From: Candidatus Bathyarchaeota archaeon
GTDB lineage: Archaea; Thermoproteota; Bathyarchaeia; 40CM-2-53-6
Length of the DNA: 64,000 nt
Reading direction: 5' to 3'
Assembly (NCBI GenBank): GCA_963733055.1
Contig: CAVTBR010000001.1
Coordinates: 928,001 to 992,000, forward strand
The notes under the pieces were generated by a model, which had not been told where the DNA came from, searched no databases, and worked only from the letters and a program-made list of their open reading frames with translations. The position numbers were made by a program, and so were the translations under genes. Position 1 is the stretch's first letter. Every line of letters starts with the position of its first letter. Below, piece by piece: positions 9,864-21,077 of this stretch.

Positions 9864-10502
9864 TTGGGCTCCAGGAGCGGGATCATTCGCCTACTGCCGG
9901 TCTTCCTGACGTTACTCATCGTCTTAGAAAGCGTTGCATACGCAACCACCATTCCGAGGCCTAGCGAGAAATTCTTTCAGTTATACATGCTCGGATCTAC
10001 TGGAACAGCGGGTAACTACTATCCGAATAATTCATCTAGTCTCAAGCTCGGCGAAAACGTTCAGTGGAATCTTGAGCTAGTAAACAATATGGGTTCACTG
10101 CAGTACGTTTCGATCCTAGTGAAACTGGGCAATCAAACAATCAATTCCCCTAACGATACCCTGGCACAAGCCTCGCCAGCTCCCCTGATAACCGAATTCA
10201 AACATTTCATACTGAACAACGAAACTTGGAGCGTTCCATTTGATTGGCAAATTGCGAACTACACGATAACGACGGACGGACATCTAAGAATCCATTCGTT
10301 TACAATAGACAATGCGACTTATGTATTTGAGAACTCACCTGTTTGCCCCGGAATCAATTCGTGCAGCTTCAGACTAATCTTTGAACTCTGGACATGGAAC
10401 GTTGACTCCAACAATTTCCAGCCGGGCTGGTCGAACGATGGCCAACAGAGAATAGCGTGGCTTCAACTCTGGTTCAACTTGGTCCCAGCGGGACCCCGAT
10501 AG
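9864..10502 (+). CDS. DUF1616 C-terminal-like extracellular domain protein
   Basis: TM followed by PSEKFFQLYMLGSTGTAGNYYP..LKLGE..N, ending RLIFELW and WLQLW. Confidence 0.7.
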   Translation: MGSRSGIIRLLPVFLTLLIVLESVAYATTIPRPSEKFFQLYMLGSTGTAGNYYPNNSSSLKLGENVQWNLELVNNMGSLQYVSILVKLGNQTINSPNDTLAQASPAPLITEFKHFILNNETWSVPFDWQIANYTITTDGHLRIHSFTIDNATYVFENSPVCPGINSCSFRLIFELWTWNVDSNNFQPGWSNDGQQRIAWLQLWFNLVPAGPR

Positions 10503-10851
10503 ATAGACATCATCGCCTTCATTTTCCGAATGAATATTACGGTTCAAATTCAGTTACCCTCACCAGCTTAAACACACAAAATTACTCAAACGACAACGGG
10601 TCAAATTTGATCGATCGACGGGCAGCTTGGGGCGACACCCCCGGCAGTCCTCTACGCTCATGACAGGACCTGCACGTAGGTCTATCAAGATCAGAATCAT
10701 AGTTGCCTCCAAAGCAAGCAAGAGGATTAGCAAGATCAACACTACCCTGCATAAGACACCTATCAAGAAGATCGAAGATATTCACTAACCCAATTCGCAT
10801 GAAAATCCAACTCTCACAACGGATAAGAGATACTAGCCTGATTTTTCCTCC

Positions 10852-11634
10852 ATGCCTTACGAGAAGATCGAGAGCGAGCGGGTCAGGAGATCCTTCCTTG
10901 AGACTTCGGCCAAAGGTACATTCTCGGATTACGTGAATAAATATCCCTCGGAGGTTGCGAGGCTCCGATCTTTCTCCATGAAAGTACTGCAGCCGGAAGG
11001 AAAAACCTGTCTCTCAGTAGGCTGCGGAATGGGAGGTTACTTAGAGGCGTACCGAATGAACGGTGCCAGAATGGTCGTTGGTGTTGACATAAACCGAGAA
11101 AACCTTATGCTTTGCAAGAAAACAGGTGCAGGACTGTTACTCAGTGACATAGAACATCTAAGTATCCGGGATGATGTCGTAGATGCTCTGGATTGCGTTG
11201 AAGCAATGCAGTACCCCCCTAATCCAGAAATAGTGATGCAAGAGGTGTATCGAATACTAAAAAAGAGAAACGGAATTTCTTTCATAACTTGGAAGCATCA
11301 TGATATGGGCTACTGGCTGAAAGCGTTCCAAGATCGAGACGTGAGCTTGAGGGCGGTCATAGGCATCAGAGATCTGATCCTTGATAAATATCCTGCCGTT
11401 GTTAGAAAAAGAATGCGAGAGAGTAAGTTGCTGAGTCCGATCATTAGGGGGTATGCCACCTTCGGAAGTCACACCCGAGGCTTCTCTTTCCGATATGTAT
11501 TGGCAATCTACAAGAAAACAACCATGGAAATCATTCTCTTGAAGTGGATTAACGATCAACATACGATTGTAGTCGTAGGTAGGCCAGCAACCCCTAGAAA
11601 TAGGCTTAACCTCGTGAGTCGAAAAGGACGATAG
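10852..11634 (+). CDS. Class I SAM-dependent methyltransferase
   Basis: LSVGCGMG motif I, VVGVDIN, EVYRILK. Confidence 0.85.
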   Translation: MPYEKIESERVRRSFLETSAKGTFSDYVNKYPSEVARLRSFSMKVLQPEGKTCLSVGCGMGGYLEAYRMNGARMVVGVDINRENLMLCKKTGAGLLLSDIEHLSIRDDVVDALDCVEAMQYPPNPEIVMQEVYRILKKRNGISFITWKHHDMGYWLKAFQDRDVSLRAVIGIRDLILDKYPAVVRKRMRESKLLSPIIRGYATFGSHTRGFSFRYVLAIYKKTTMEIILLKWINDQHTIVVVGRPATPRNRLNLVSRKGR

Positions 11635-11802
11635 TCATTGTACAGGAAACCAAAGGATCAGGCACCAAACGCAAGTAAACAGACCTAGCAACCGAGCGTA
11701 GACGACGCATTACCTACCATTGGAGATAACCATTGAGACGGTTGAAGAAGTTCTTAAAGAAAGGTAGCAAATTCAAGCGATTTTTCACACCTCATTCAGC
11801 CG

Positions 11803-12236
11803 ATGCGTATCAGCCAATCGCTTCATGTTTCTACAATAAATCATCTTTCTGTTGTGGTAATCTACTTTATCTTCGGCAGTATATTTGTTGCGTTTGGAAT
11901 ATCCTATCACCCCACGAGATGGGCTAATAGATCTATGGGGTTGCGGCTGCCTATGCCGGCGGCACGAAATTTATCCGGTTTATCATAGGCTTTTGGAAAG
12001 AGTCGGCTGCTTCTTGTCGTTGCCCTGACATGATACTGATTTCGGTCGGATTGGCTGGTCTGGTTTATGTGACCACATTCGGTGTGTCGAGTCAACCATC
12101 ATATTTGTTCGAGTCGCTCGATATCCTTACGTGGATTTGTGTTGTTTCCTCGCTTCTTGTCTTCGCTAGCGAATGGATCTTGGGCAGGCGACGAAAGAAC
12201 AGCGCAAAGGAGATGCGAAATGTCGAGCGCATATGA
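11803..12236 (+). pseudogene. Degraded membrane-protein gene remnant
   Basis: Successive hydrophobic ORF pieces (11803-11988, 12030-12236) broken by stops and a frame change. Confidence 0.35.
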
Positions 12237-12320
12237 CTTCTCATTTGGGGACGTGGGTGGCGCGGTGCAGGCGTCCAGATTTGAACCAGACTGGTGTGTG
12301 CACCAGCCTTGCCACGATAA

Positions 12321-13013
12321 CTATGCTCGTTTTCTAATGACTCTGGCGGGGACCCCTGCCGCAACGCAATTCGGAGCTATGTCCTCTGTAACCACCGAGC
12401 CGGCCCCCACTACAGAACCTTTTCCAATTGTGACTCCCTTCAAAACGATTACGTTGGCACCTATCCAAGTATTTGAGCCAATGGTCACTCCTTTTCCAAG
12501 ATTCCCTTGTTCCCCGATGAGTTTGTTCACGTCACCAAATGAATGATCATAATCAATTATGCAGCATCTATACGCAATTAGTGCGTCCTCACCAATCTCC
12601 AACTTATTCTCGATATCCATTACTGTAGAGTCATGAACACTAACTCTTTCTTTAATGTCTACCATCCCATTGGAGGCACAACGTATTATTACCCCGCGGC
12701 CGATGTAGCATCCTTTCCGAATAAGAATCGCTCCCTTGCGATCTTGTACAAAGCGATTCTCACCTGCGAGCATGACAGAGAAATCAATTTCATAACCTCG
12801 GGCTCTCAGAAATATAATGTGCAGTTTTGAAGCCAAGAAGAGCAGTAAGAAACAAATTGAAGAATATGCCCATTCAACCATACCTTTTGCCTTCAACTTA
12901 GAAATTTCAAGCTTCAACTGACGACAGAAGTAGAGATACGCACGACGTCGTAGAGAAGAACGCTCTCTAGCCGTCCTAAGGTTGGTGATTGGGCCTTCGA
13001 CGCTCTCTGTCAT
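12321..13013 (-). CDS. Left-handed beta-helix acyltransferase
   Basis: Hexapeptide repeats IGSNTWIGANVIVLKGVTIGKGSVVGAGSVV, GVPARVIR. Confidence 0.92.
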   Translation of the reverse strand: MTESVEGPITNLRTARERSSLRRRAYLYFCRQLKLEISKLKAKGMVEWAYSSICFLLLFLASKLHIIFLRARGYEIDFSVMLAGENRFVQDRKGAILIRKGCYIGRGVIIRCASNGMVDIKERVSVHDSTVMDIENKLEIGEDALIAYRCCIIDYDHSFGDVNKLIGEQGNLGKGVTIGSNTWIGANVIVLKGVTIGKGSVVGAGSVVTEDIAPNCVAAGVPARVIRKRA

Positions 13014-13108
13014 TCGATATCGCCGCGTCGTTTGATCCTCATCGAATACGACGTTGTGCGACAGACATATTTGAGTATTAAAAGCCGTTTCCGAGTGTCA
13101 TCCCATTT

Positions 13109-13520
13109 TTACCTAATCAGCAATTGCGCGGCAAAGGGCGCTTCCAACGTGATGTTGAGGTAAGTTGGTCTCTTGCCAACGTTTTTCATGACGGTGGGAG
13201 TGTTTCGACTGTGCAATCCTATGGCCAGTTCTTCACAGGTAGCATTGCCAGGTCGAAGTTTACTCAAGCTCGAATGCGTCACTAACATAGCCAAGTAGAC
13301 AAGAGGGTTCCTGCAGTTTTCCTAAAATCCCTGATCGCGTACCGACTATGGCACTCTGAGCACGCATCCCCCGCGTGTATTTTGGTGGCTATCTCTGATA
13401 GACGTGCGGGTTTGCGTACGAATCGCTGCAAAACCCCCAAAGTCATCCTCGGATGGCAACCATACACGACCTTCTTGAAGGGATATGAAGAAACATTAGA
13501 ATGGAGTTCTTGAGCTAATC
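13109..13520 (-). pseudogene. Possible eroded GT4 remnant
   Basis: Short fragments KKVVYGCH and LGYVSD among multiple stops; weak. Confidence 0.25.
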
Positions 13521-13610
13521 AGAGCCAACTACTGCACGAATTGACACCGGTTATCTTGAGTCGTTCGGTTGCGTCTTTGATTGAAACGGACAGACGTGTT
13601 GCATGTGACT

Positions 13611-15424
13611 TTATGTTCCTGCAGGTTGATAGACAGTAGCTCCGTCAGAGAAGATTCTATTCTGACTCAAGAGTTCGTTTGAGTATTTGGCAACGGGCCA
13701 CAATTCATCACCGTATCCTGTCCCATAACCCGAAACCGTATTGAATAGACTTAAGTAAAGATAGCTTCCCGACGCAGTGCACTTCCCGAGTGAGACCTGT
13801 CCCAGTTCATAGTTGTCGCCTTGAATCGGGTCTCGATTACCGTAGACGGCTAGGACATGAAGTATCGAAACGTAATCCGCACACACCACCCGCGAATTAG
13901 AGCCATACACCTTGAGCCACAAAGCGGCTTGCTTGTCTGGCTCCACAATATACCATCCATAATATTCGAATTGCATGTCGATGTTTTTTGAATCTTTCAT
14001 CCTATTCCAGTCAAAAGTAATTGCGGTAGGGAGAGGGTCCATGGCGACCGCCCAGACCCATCCAGAGGTGAATAGGAGGTACGAGAACAGTATCGCCGCA
14101 GCCACTGGCCTATCAGGAAAAGTGATGTGAACACGTTTAGCAGGTATGACGGGTATATTGCTCCGACAGAGGAAATGAGCCACTCAATACCTATCGGGAA
14201 GCAAGGCGAAATGAACAAAAGTGCAATGTGAAAGAAACGCGTGAAGTTGAGCAGACTTCCGAAGAATGGAAGAGCAACAGTGGCGAGGATGAGAAACAAA
14301 GATCCCGCCATAAGTGGAAGCATCTTTTTTTGGGCCGCGTTAGTATTTTTCCTCATTAGTAGAACGAAAAACCCGATAATGAGACTCATGATGACTAGAT
14401 ATTGTATGACTCTGTTCAACAAGTGCAGAGGTCCAGCCGTCGGATTCAACCCTAATGCAAGTTGGACCTCCGCTGGCCGCGTAACCGGATTCGATAGACC
14501 TCCCAAGCCACCCAATACTAATGAAAAAGAGCTGATGGCTCCAATAAGCGATGATCCGGCTGCAATGTATGCATACCAAGCGAGAGCTGCTACGCCCCAC
14601 AGAAGAAGAGTGAAATTGTCCAGGAACCGCTTGGCGTGATCAGGAAATATTCTAGCGGCAGCGATCGAGATTAGCATAAGAAACAGAAAGATATATGCTA
14701 CCGAATAGTGCGCCACAATTAGCCCAAGTGACAATATCATTGTAACGATTATTCCCGAACCTCTGCTCGATCGACTTCCCGAGAGTGAGAACATCAACAA
14801 TAACACCAAAAGGATTTCCGCGATCTCTTGTCGCCCTAAAGATGGCAAGTCAACGTAGAATGCGTAATAGGATATGAACAGAAAGACAGCCATGAAGCTC
14901 GCTGACGGAGCAAGAATCTGGCGATAGGACTTGTAAAGTATCACAGGAACCAACGAGAAGAGTATGGGAAGAACGAATTTGAAAATGGACAATCCATCAA
15001 GAGAAGAAACGATGCTTAGAACCGTTGGAAGAATCGTTATGCTCAAAGCCGAATTGTAAGGCAGGTTTCCAAAGCCAGCATTCCAAAGCCACGATCCGTG
15101 TTCCAGCACTTGAACAAATAAGTAAAACTCTTCGTTGACATCAGCTCCAGACAGATTACTTGAGGCCAAAGATCCTGAGAGCAACAAGAACACACTGATA
15201 CTCATGACTGCAACAAGGAACAGACTATCCGCGGTGTCCGTATCGTGCTTGAGCAGAACAATGAATACAGTCGAACCTAGCGCAAAGAGAATGATCAGTA
15301 TTGTACCTCGAGCGTCGAAATATGCGGCTAACATCCCTGTGCATGATAGTACAAGCATAAAACCCGCCAGGCACCACTGCACAAAATGTTCGGAAGAAGA
15401 TGGACTCTTGACCATGATGTTCAA
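13611..15424 (-). CDS. DUF2206-like polytopic membrane protein, frameshift at about 14110-14180
   Basis: LSGADVNEEFY, YNSALSITILP, RQEIAE, AHYS, RFFH; C-terminal soluble part (DKQAALWL, NRIFSDG) continues in ORF 13611-14183. Confidence 0.75.
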
Positions 15425-15752
15425 CTCAGCTTCGCTCCTTGATATCCGCTTCCAGATTCTCTGCTATCGCTTCGACTGAATAACGTGAGGCAATGGTTCG
15501 TCCCAAAACTGTTCATAATGAACGAGTCCGTAAATAGCCAGGGTAATAGACCCATGATAAATCAGACAGAGCATGTTCCCCTATTCTAAGTTTCGATCTT
15601 GGCCGACTGCTTCTCTCTCTTACTTAACCTCATAAGCCGTCAAGGTCAGCGAAACTCATCTTCACTTGTTTGCAAGCAGAGTCGATACCGATGACTTGTG
15701 TGAGTCATTAAGTAAAAAATGCGGCGCTCTGCTTTGTTTCTTCTTGAACCAC

Positions 15753-17120
15753 TCACGCAAGGTATTGATCAAACCGTGTTATATCCGAAAATTGCCCGAA
15801 AATCTGAACTTGCCATCCTTTCTTGAGATATGTTGTGTCCTCAGGCACCACTGGATAACCTTGTGAATCGTAAATTAATTCTATGGTAATCATCGGATGT
15901 TCTTTTCGTAAGTCGTGTATCTTTCTCGGTTTACGTACACTAAGGAGGCGATAGGAAGCTGATCCATCAGGCATGTAGCTGGTTGGTTCTAAGCGAAGCA
16001 AACTCTCGCGCTCACCCGCGCATATTGCGACGATTCGACGCGAAGCTGTTCCGTCTCCGAGTGGATTCTCATTGTTACGCAGTTTGGAACGTAATGTCTC
16101 GTCTTGCAGGAGTTTTCTTGATGCATTGACTATTACCGGCATTTCAGTTCCAACAAGGACATTGCCACCCGCTTCGATTGTTTCAGGCCTCTCAGTACTA
16201 TAACGCAAGGTCAAACAGGGGACTCCTAGTGTTAATGCCTCCTCTTGAACGCCACCGGAATCCGTAAGGACTATTCTTGACGCTTCTAACAAACGAAGGA
16301 AGTCCCAGTAGCCAAGTGGTTTTGTTACCTTAATGTGTGTGGATCGTTGCAAGGCTCTAAGCAAGTTGAACCTACGTAGCTTGTTTCGGGTTCTTGGATG
16401 AACAGGAAAAATGACTTGACAATCCTGTAGGCGCAGAAGGGCAGATATTATGTTATGAAGCCTTCGGGGGCTATCTACGTTCTCGCTTCGATGTGTAGTT
16501 ACCAATACTAATGGTTTTTCATTATCCGGAGCAAAACTCTCAAGAATGTTGGACTTCTTGTGAGCTTTCTTTGTTTGTGCTAAGCAGACCTCAACGATCG
16601 TATTGCCAGTGACATGAATCTTTTTGGGGGCGATACCTTCGCGTAAGAGGTTTTCTGCTGACCGCTTAGTTGGAGCAAAACAGAGCTGCGCGCATGCATC
16701 AGCGATCGTGCGGTTGATTTCCTCTGGCATGGTTCGATCGTAGCATCGTAGGCCAGCCTCAACGTGTCCGAAACACGTATTTAGTTTGACGGACGCGAGA
16801 CCCGCTGCGAGCACTGTATTTGTGTCACCTTCTGCAAGCACGATGTCGGGTCGATGACGTTCAATCAGATTCTCATATCCTTCGAGCATTTGCCCAGTCT
16901 GTCTCGCATGTGACCCTGACCCAATCTTCAGATTGAAGTCGGGAGCGGATAGCTCGAATTCCTGAAAGAAGAACTCAGACATCTCCATATCATAATGCTG
17001 TCCGCTATGAATGACTGTTAGCTTCACGTTTCTCCTGCCTGAGAACCCGTTTATGACCGGTGCCATTTTGATAATCTCAGGTCGAGTTCCTACGATGCAC
17101 ATTATGTGCCGCATTTTCAC
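15753..17120 (-). CDS. wecB: UDP-GlcNAc 2-epimerase (non-hydrolysing) with C-terminal extension
   Basis: GTRPEIIK, HSGQHYD, HVEAGLR, PEEINR, TDSGGVQEEA. Confidence 0.95.
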   Translation of the reverse strand: MKMRHIMCIVGTRPEIIKMAPVINGFSGRRNVKLTVIHSGQHYDMEMSEFFFQEFELSAPDFNLKIGSGSHARQTGQMLEGYENLIERHRPDIVLAEGDTNTVLAAGLASVKLNTCFGHVEAGLRCYDRTMPEEINRTIADACAQLCFAPTKRSAENLLREGIAPKKIHVTGNTIVEVCLAQTKKAHKKSNILESFAPDNEKPLVLVTTHRSENVDSPRRLHNIISALLRLQDCQVIFPVHPRTRNKLRRFNLLRALQRSTHIKVTKPLGYWDFLRLLEASRIVLTDSGGVQEEALTLGVPCLTLRYSTERPETIEAGGNVLVGTEMPVIVNASRKLLQDETLRSKLRNNENPLGDGTASRRIVAICAGERESLLRLEPTSYMPDGSASYRLLSVRKPRKIHDLRKEHPMITIELIYDSQGYPVVPEDTTYLKKGWQVQIFGQFSDITRFDQYLA

Positions 17121-17256
17121 GGTTCACCTCGGAAGCTATCTGCGCAGTTGCGGTTAATTTGGAACGCGTTACCTCTCCAAAAACGGCCCAGAAACGACTG
17201 CAGCGTCTCTTGAGGTCAAATTGTAGATACCAAGTATTCGGCGCATGAGTTCGCGG

Positions 17257-18681
17257 TCATGTCCACGGCCGAAAGAGTTGTGTGGGTATTTGAGGACGAT
17301 GAATCAGCCCGTAGCCGACACCCCTAAAGATGAACCCAGCCTCAGTAGCCTTTGTTGGATCAATCAAGTGCCTAGTATCAACCAGAACCGGTTTGACACG
17401 CATTGCTTTGACCAGATTCCGGAGTTTCATTCCCTTGAACTCATCATGCTCTGTGAGAATGATGATACAATCAGCTCCCACCACCGCTCCCTGAATCGTC
17501 CGAGCGCGCGGAGCGCCGAAGGATTCGTCAGCGCGAGGGTCAAAGACAGTCACTTTCGCGCCCATTCCGAGGAGACCTCTAATCACAAGTCTTGCGGGGC
17601 TTTCACGCGTATCCCTAACGTTACCTTTGTAGGCTGTGCCTAACACCGCAACCTTGCTACCCTTGATGTGCTTCCTCGCCTCCGCAAGCCCCTGTTGAAC
17701 GAGTTCGATTGCATGCTCGGGCATAGCATCGTTGACTTCTCTCGCCGCACGTATCAGTTTCGGGCGAAAGCCCATCGCCTCAGCAAAGAATGTGAGAAGG
17801 AAAGGGTCCTTCGGCAAGCATGGCCCCCCAACCCCTGGCCCAGGCTGGAGAATTCTCACCCGCGGATGAGAGTTCGCCAGATTGATGACGCTTGAAGCGT
17901 CAACGCCCAACCTCTCGCACAATAGTGCAAGCTCATTCGCAAACGCTATCCCAACATCTCTGGCCGCGTTCTCAGCAAGCTTCACCACTTCAGCCGTCCG
18001 CGCGTCCGTAACCAGCAATTCGCCTTCTGTTATTTCTCTATAGAAACGCGAAATCATGTTGCCGCTTGACTCGTTATATCCACCGACCACCCTCGGACCT
18101 TTGCGAAGCTCCTCAAGCGCTCTTCCAGGAGACAATCTCTCGGGACAATGTGCTAACCAGAGATCAGAATCGCACTTAAGCCCGGATTCACCTTCAATTG
18201 TTGGGGCTATGAAGTTCTCTGTAGTTCCTGGTGGAATCGAACTCTCCACGGAGATCAGCTTCCCTCGGCTCAGGTTTCTACCCAGCAACTTACATGCTTG
18301 TTCGAGGAAGGACAGATCAGGTCTGCCTTCTCTCGATAACGGGGTCTGAACACATACAATCAGAAGATCAGATTCCTTCGTAAGTTGCTCTACATCGGTA
18401 GTCGTGCTGAGTCTTCTCAACCGGATGTTACTCTTGAGCAGTTTGTCAAGACCAGGTTCGTCAATGTGAGTCTTGGCCAATGCGACTTTGGAAACGATTC
18501 TCCTATTCACATCCGCCCCCACAGTTGTGAAGCCTCTCGAAGCCACCACCGTGGCAGTCATGAGCCCTATCTGCCCTAAGCCTATCACACCGACCCTGAG
18601 TTTCTTCGCAGTTATCTTCTGAGCCACTCTTCCCTCAGATAGAGCGCCCTTTCCGAGGAGTGAAGATACAGAATCATTCAA
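17257..18681 (-). CDS. wecC: UDP-N-acetylhexosamine 6-dehydrogenase (WecC/WbpA family)
   Basis: GLGQIG, CPERLSPG, KLAENAARDV, GPGVGGPCLPKDP, AYKGNVRDTRES. Confidence 0.85.
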   Translation of the reverse strand: MNDSVSSLLGKGALSEGRVAQKITAKKLRVGVIGLGQIGLMTATVVASRGFTTVGADVNRRIVSKVALAKTHIDEPGLDKLLKSNIRLRRLSTTTDVEQLTKESDLLIVCVQTPLSREGRPDLSFLEQACKLLGRNLSRGKLISVESSIPPGTTENFIAPTIEGESGLKCDSDLWLAHCPERLSPGRALEELRKGPRVVGGYNESSGNMISRFYREITEGELLVTDARTAEVVKLAENAARDVGIAFANELALLCERLGVDASSVINLANSHPRVRILQPGPGVGGPCLPKDPFLLTFFAEAMGFRPKLIRAAREVNDAMPEHAIELVQQGLAEARKHIKGSKVAVLGTAYKGNVRDTRESPARLVIRGLLGMGAKVTVFDPRADESFGAPRARTIQGAVVGADCIIILTEHDEFKGMKLRNLVKAMRVKPVLVDTRHLIDPTKATEAGFIFRGVGYGLIHRPQIPTQLFRPWT

Positions 18682-19619
18682 CCTGAAACTACCTTGGGCC
18701 TATGGTAGATACCCCCCATCCACTCGATCGTCTTCGGTATTCCTTCCGAAAGTCGAGTCGCCGGGTTATGTCCTAGGTCATGTTTTGCTTTTGTTATGTC
18801 AGGCCTTTTGCTGACAACATTGTGTTTGTCTTCAGACAAGTATTCTACCAAAGAATCATTCTTGCCCAGATATCGAAGAATCATGTCCGAGGCAGATTTA
18901 ACATCCACATACTCCTCCCCTCCGATATTGTAAACTTCACCCGGCTTGAACCTATCAACGATATTTGCCAGTGTCCGGATTGCGTCATCAACATACATGA
19001 ACACTCGTTTGTAATCCAAAAACACTTGATACGGCAAGTCATGCATTGCACGGTAGATGAACAGGCACACGACGCTACGGTACGGCGTGTAGTACTCCCC
19101 TGGACCATACAGGTTAAACAACCTCACCGTCGTTGTCTCAGTTCCGCACCGTTCACTCGAATTTCTAATCTGACGCTCGTTAACCCACTTCGAGATCGCA
19201 TAATCATTCTTCTGTTGCAGTGGGATCTTCTCAGACAACTCCTCGGAAAGAAGTGTTCCAGTAGGAAGCTGGGGTTCTCCGTAGATTTCCGATGAGGAGA
19301 AATGAATGAGCCTGAAAGGCTTGGACTCTTGCACCCGGAGAATATTCTTTAATCCTATGACATTGGTCTCCCAGAGTTGTTCATAGAAGTCTTCGCCGTT
19401 CTTCCTCCCAAACTCGGCAGCGAGGTTGTACACGTAGTCGAAGCTTTGATTCAGCAAGGATTCAACCTGGCGGAATTTGGAGATGTCGCATCGCGTATGC
19501 CGAGGATTGTAAGAGTGGTGGAAGTCGCTCGTAAACACCTCGTGTCCCCTTTTGGTGAGTTCTTCAACCAAGGGACGCCCGACTGTCCCCGCACTTCCAA
19601 GAACTAGCACTCTAACCAT
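18678..19619 (-). CDS. NAD-dependent epimerase/dehydratase (SDR)
   Basis: GSAGTVG, SSSEIYG, YAISK, RLFNLYGP. Confidence 0.92.
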   Translation of the reverse strand: MVRVLVLGSAGTVGRPLVEELTKRGHEVFTSDFHHSYNPRHTRCDISKFRQVESLLNQSFDYVYNLAAEFGRKNGEDFYEQLWETNVIGLKNILRVQESKPFRLIHFSSSEIYGEPQLPTGTLLSEELSEKIPLQQKNDYAISKWVNERQIRNSSERCGTETTTVRLFNLYGPGEYYTPYRSVVCLFIYRAMHDLPYQVFLDYKRVFMYVDDAIRTLANIVDRFKPGEVYNIGGEEYVDVKSASDMILRYLGKNDSLVEYLSEDKHNVVSKRPDITKAKHDLGHNPATRLSEGIPKTIEWMGGIYHRPKVVSG

Positions 19620-19797
19620 GGAACTTCCCTAATCGACATCTACGGTGAATCGTTGTGTGTCTATTTGTACTTGTCCGTCGAGCACGACGTCGGATTGAAC
19701 TGTCCCCTGATCGAATCTTCACGACCAGTTAGCATCTGCCCTGACGCCGATGCGTTGACAACCATTTTGTATATGACATATTACCTAAGGGGTTTCG

Positions 19798-20865
19798 TCA
19801 CGGAAAGCGGCTCATAACGACTGGTGCTCCACGCCGGGAGAAAATCGTCTTTCGCACCCACCTTCGAAAAGCGGAAGGAGCTGAAAGTATGAAGGGATGT
19901 AAACAGACCTTGCATCCATAAGTCGGCGACCGGCCTCGTCGTCTACGTTTGCTTAATGTAGCCGCTATATGCTTGATATTCCATGCGTAGGCCCTCAGCA
20001 GCAACGTCTTTCCGCTCGCTCTAGGCTCCATCGTAAACCAGATAAAATCGATCAGGAACGAGGAAAATAGTCTCCCAACACCAAAATGAATTAGGTTTGA
20101 GCAAATCCTATTCCTGTTTGCCGAATAATCGGTGAAAAATTGATTCATCTTGCCGATGGTAGCCTGCCGTCTATGCCAAAGAACGGAATCGAAAACGTAA
20201 ACCACTCTGTAACCTGCTTCGCGCACACGAAGGCATAGATCAATATCTTCTTGATATATCGCAAAATCAGAATCATACGGGCCGACCTGATCTATGACCG
20301 ACCGTTTTACTATCATGGCGCCCCCGACATAATCGAAATCGCAAACATTTCTGTCATATTGCCCGGTGTCGATTTCTCCGAGTCCAATAACCCTCACTCT
20401 TCCACATAAGTACAGGTCACCACCTATGAAATCAATCGACTTAGTCCCAAACGCTAGCATCTTGCACCCCGACACGCCGACGCGTGGATCCAGTTGCATG
20501 AGCTTCACAATGGGTCTAAGCCAGCTGCGATCCACAACCATATCATTACAGATCAGAGCTAGACATTCACCTCTCGAGGCCCTAATCCCCGAATTAAAGC
20601 CTTCAGCGATTCCAAGATTACGATCGTTCTTAATGACGGCAACCTTGCTTCCGTAGTTACGTTCAACAAAAACGGCACTGCAGTCGCTTGATCCATTATC
20701 GACAAATATCGTTTCCAAATGAGGGTAGTCGCATTCGATGACGGAATCCAGGCACTCCTTGAGTTTTTCTTCCCCCATATATGCAAGGCCATTGTGATTG
20801 AGTATAACCACTGAAACTCGAGGAAAAACAGTTAGAGTCTCTTGCGACTCTTCGGAAGTCATCAC
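19798..20865 (-). CDS. GT2 glycosyltransferase
   Basis: VVILNHNG, VDNGSSD, YQEDIDLCLR. Confidence 0.92.
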   Translation of the reverse strand: MMTSEESQETLTVFPRVSVVILNHNGLAYMGEEKLKECLDSVIECDYPHLETIFVDNGSSDCSAVFVERNYGSKVAVIKNDRNLGIAEGFNSGIRASRGECLALICNDMVVDRSWLRPIVKLMQLDPRVGVSGCKMLAFGTKSIDFIGGDLYLCGRVRVIGLGEIDTGQYDRNVCDFDYVGGAMIVKRSVIDQVGPYDSDFAIYQEDIDLCLRVREAGYRVVYVFDSVLWHRRQATIGKMNQFFTDYSANRNRICSNLIHFGVGRLFSSFLIDFIWFTMEPRASGKTLLLRAYAWNIKHIAATLSKRRRRGRSPTYGCKVCLHPFILSAPSAFRRWVRKTIFSRRGAPVVMSRFP

Positions 20866-21077
20866 TCCATCCTCATTTGGTTTCTCTCAACTTGCAGTCG
20901 ACGTGAGACGAATACATTAGCAGATGTAGAAGAAACGCATAAAAGAACTTGTAGAGGACGACGGTACTATTCGTTACCACGACCGAACTCGATAAATGTG
21001 CTCGACGTTAGGCTCGTTGAGAAGGAATCGACAAGGCAATTTTCACCTGAAACACATATCGTCCAGACTTAATTCGC

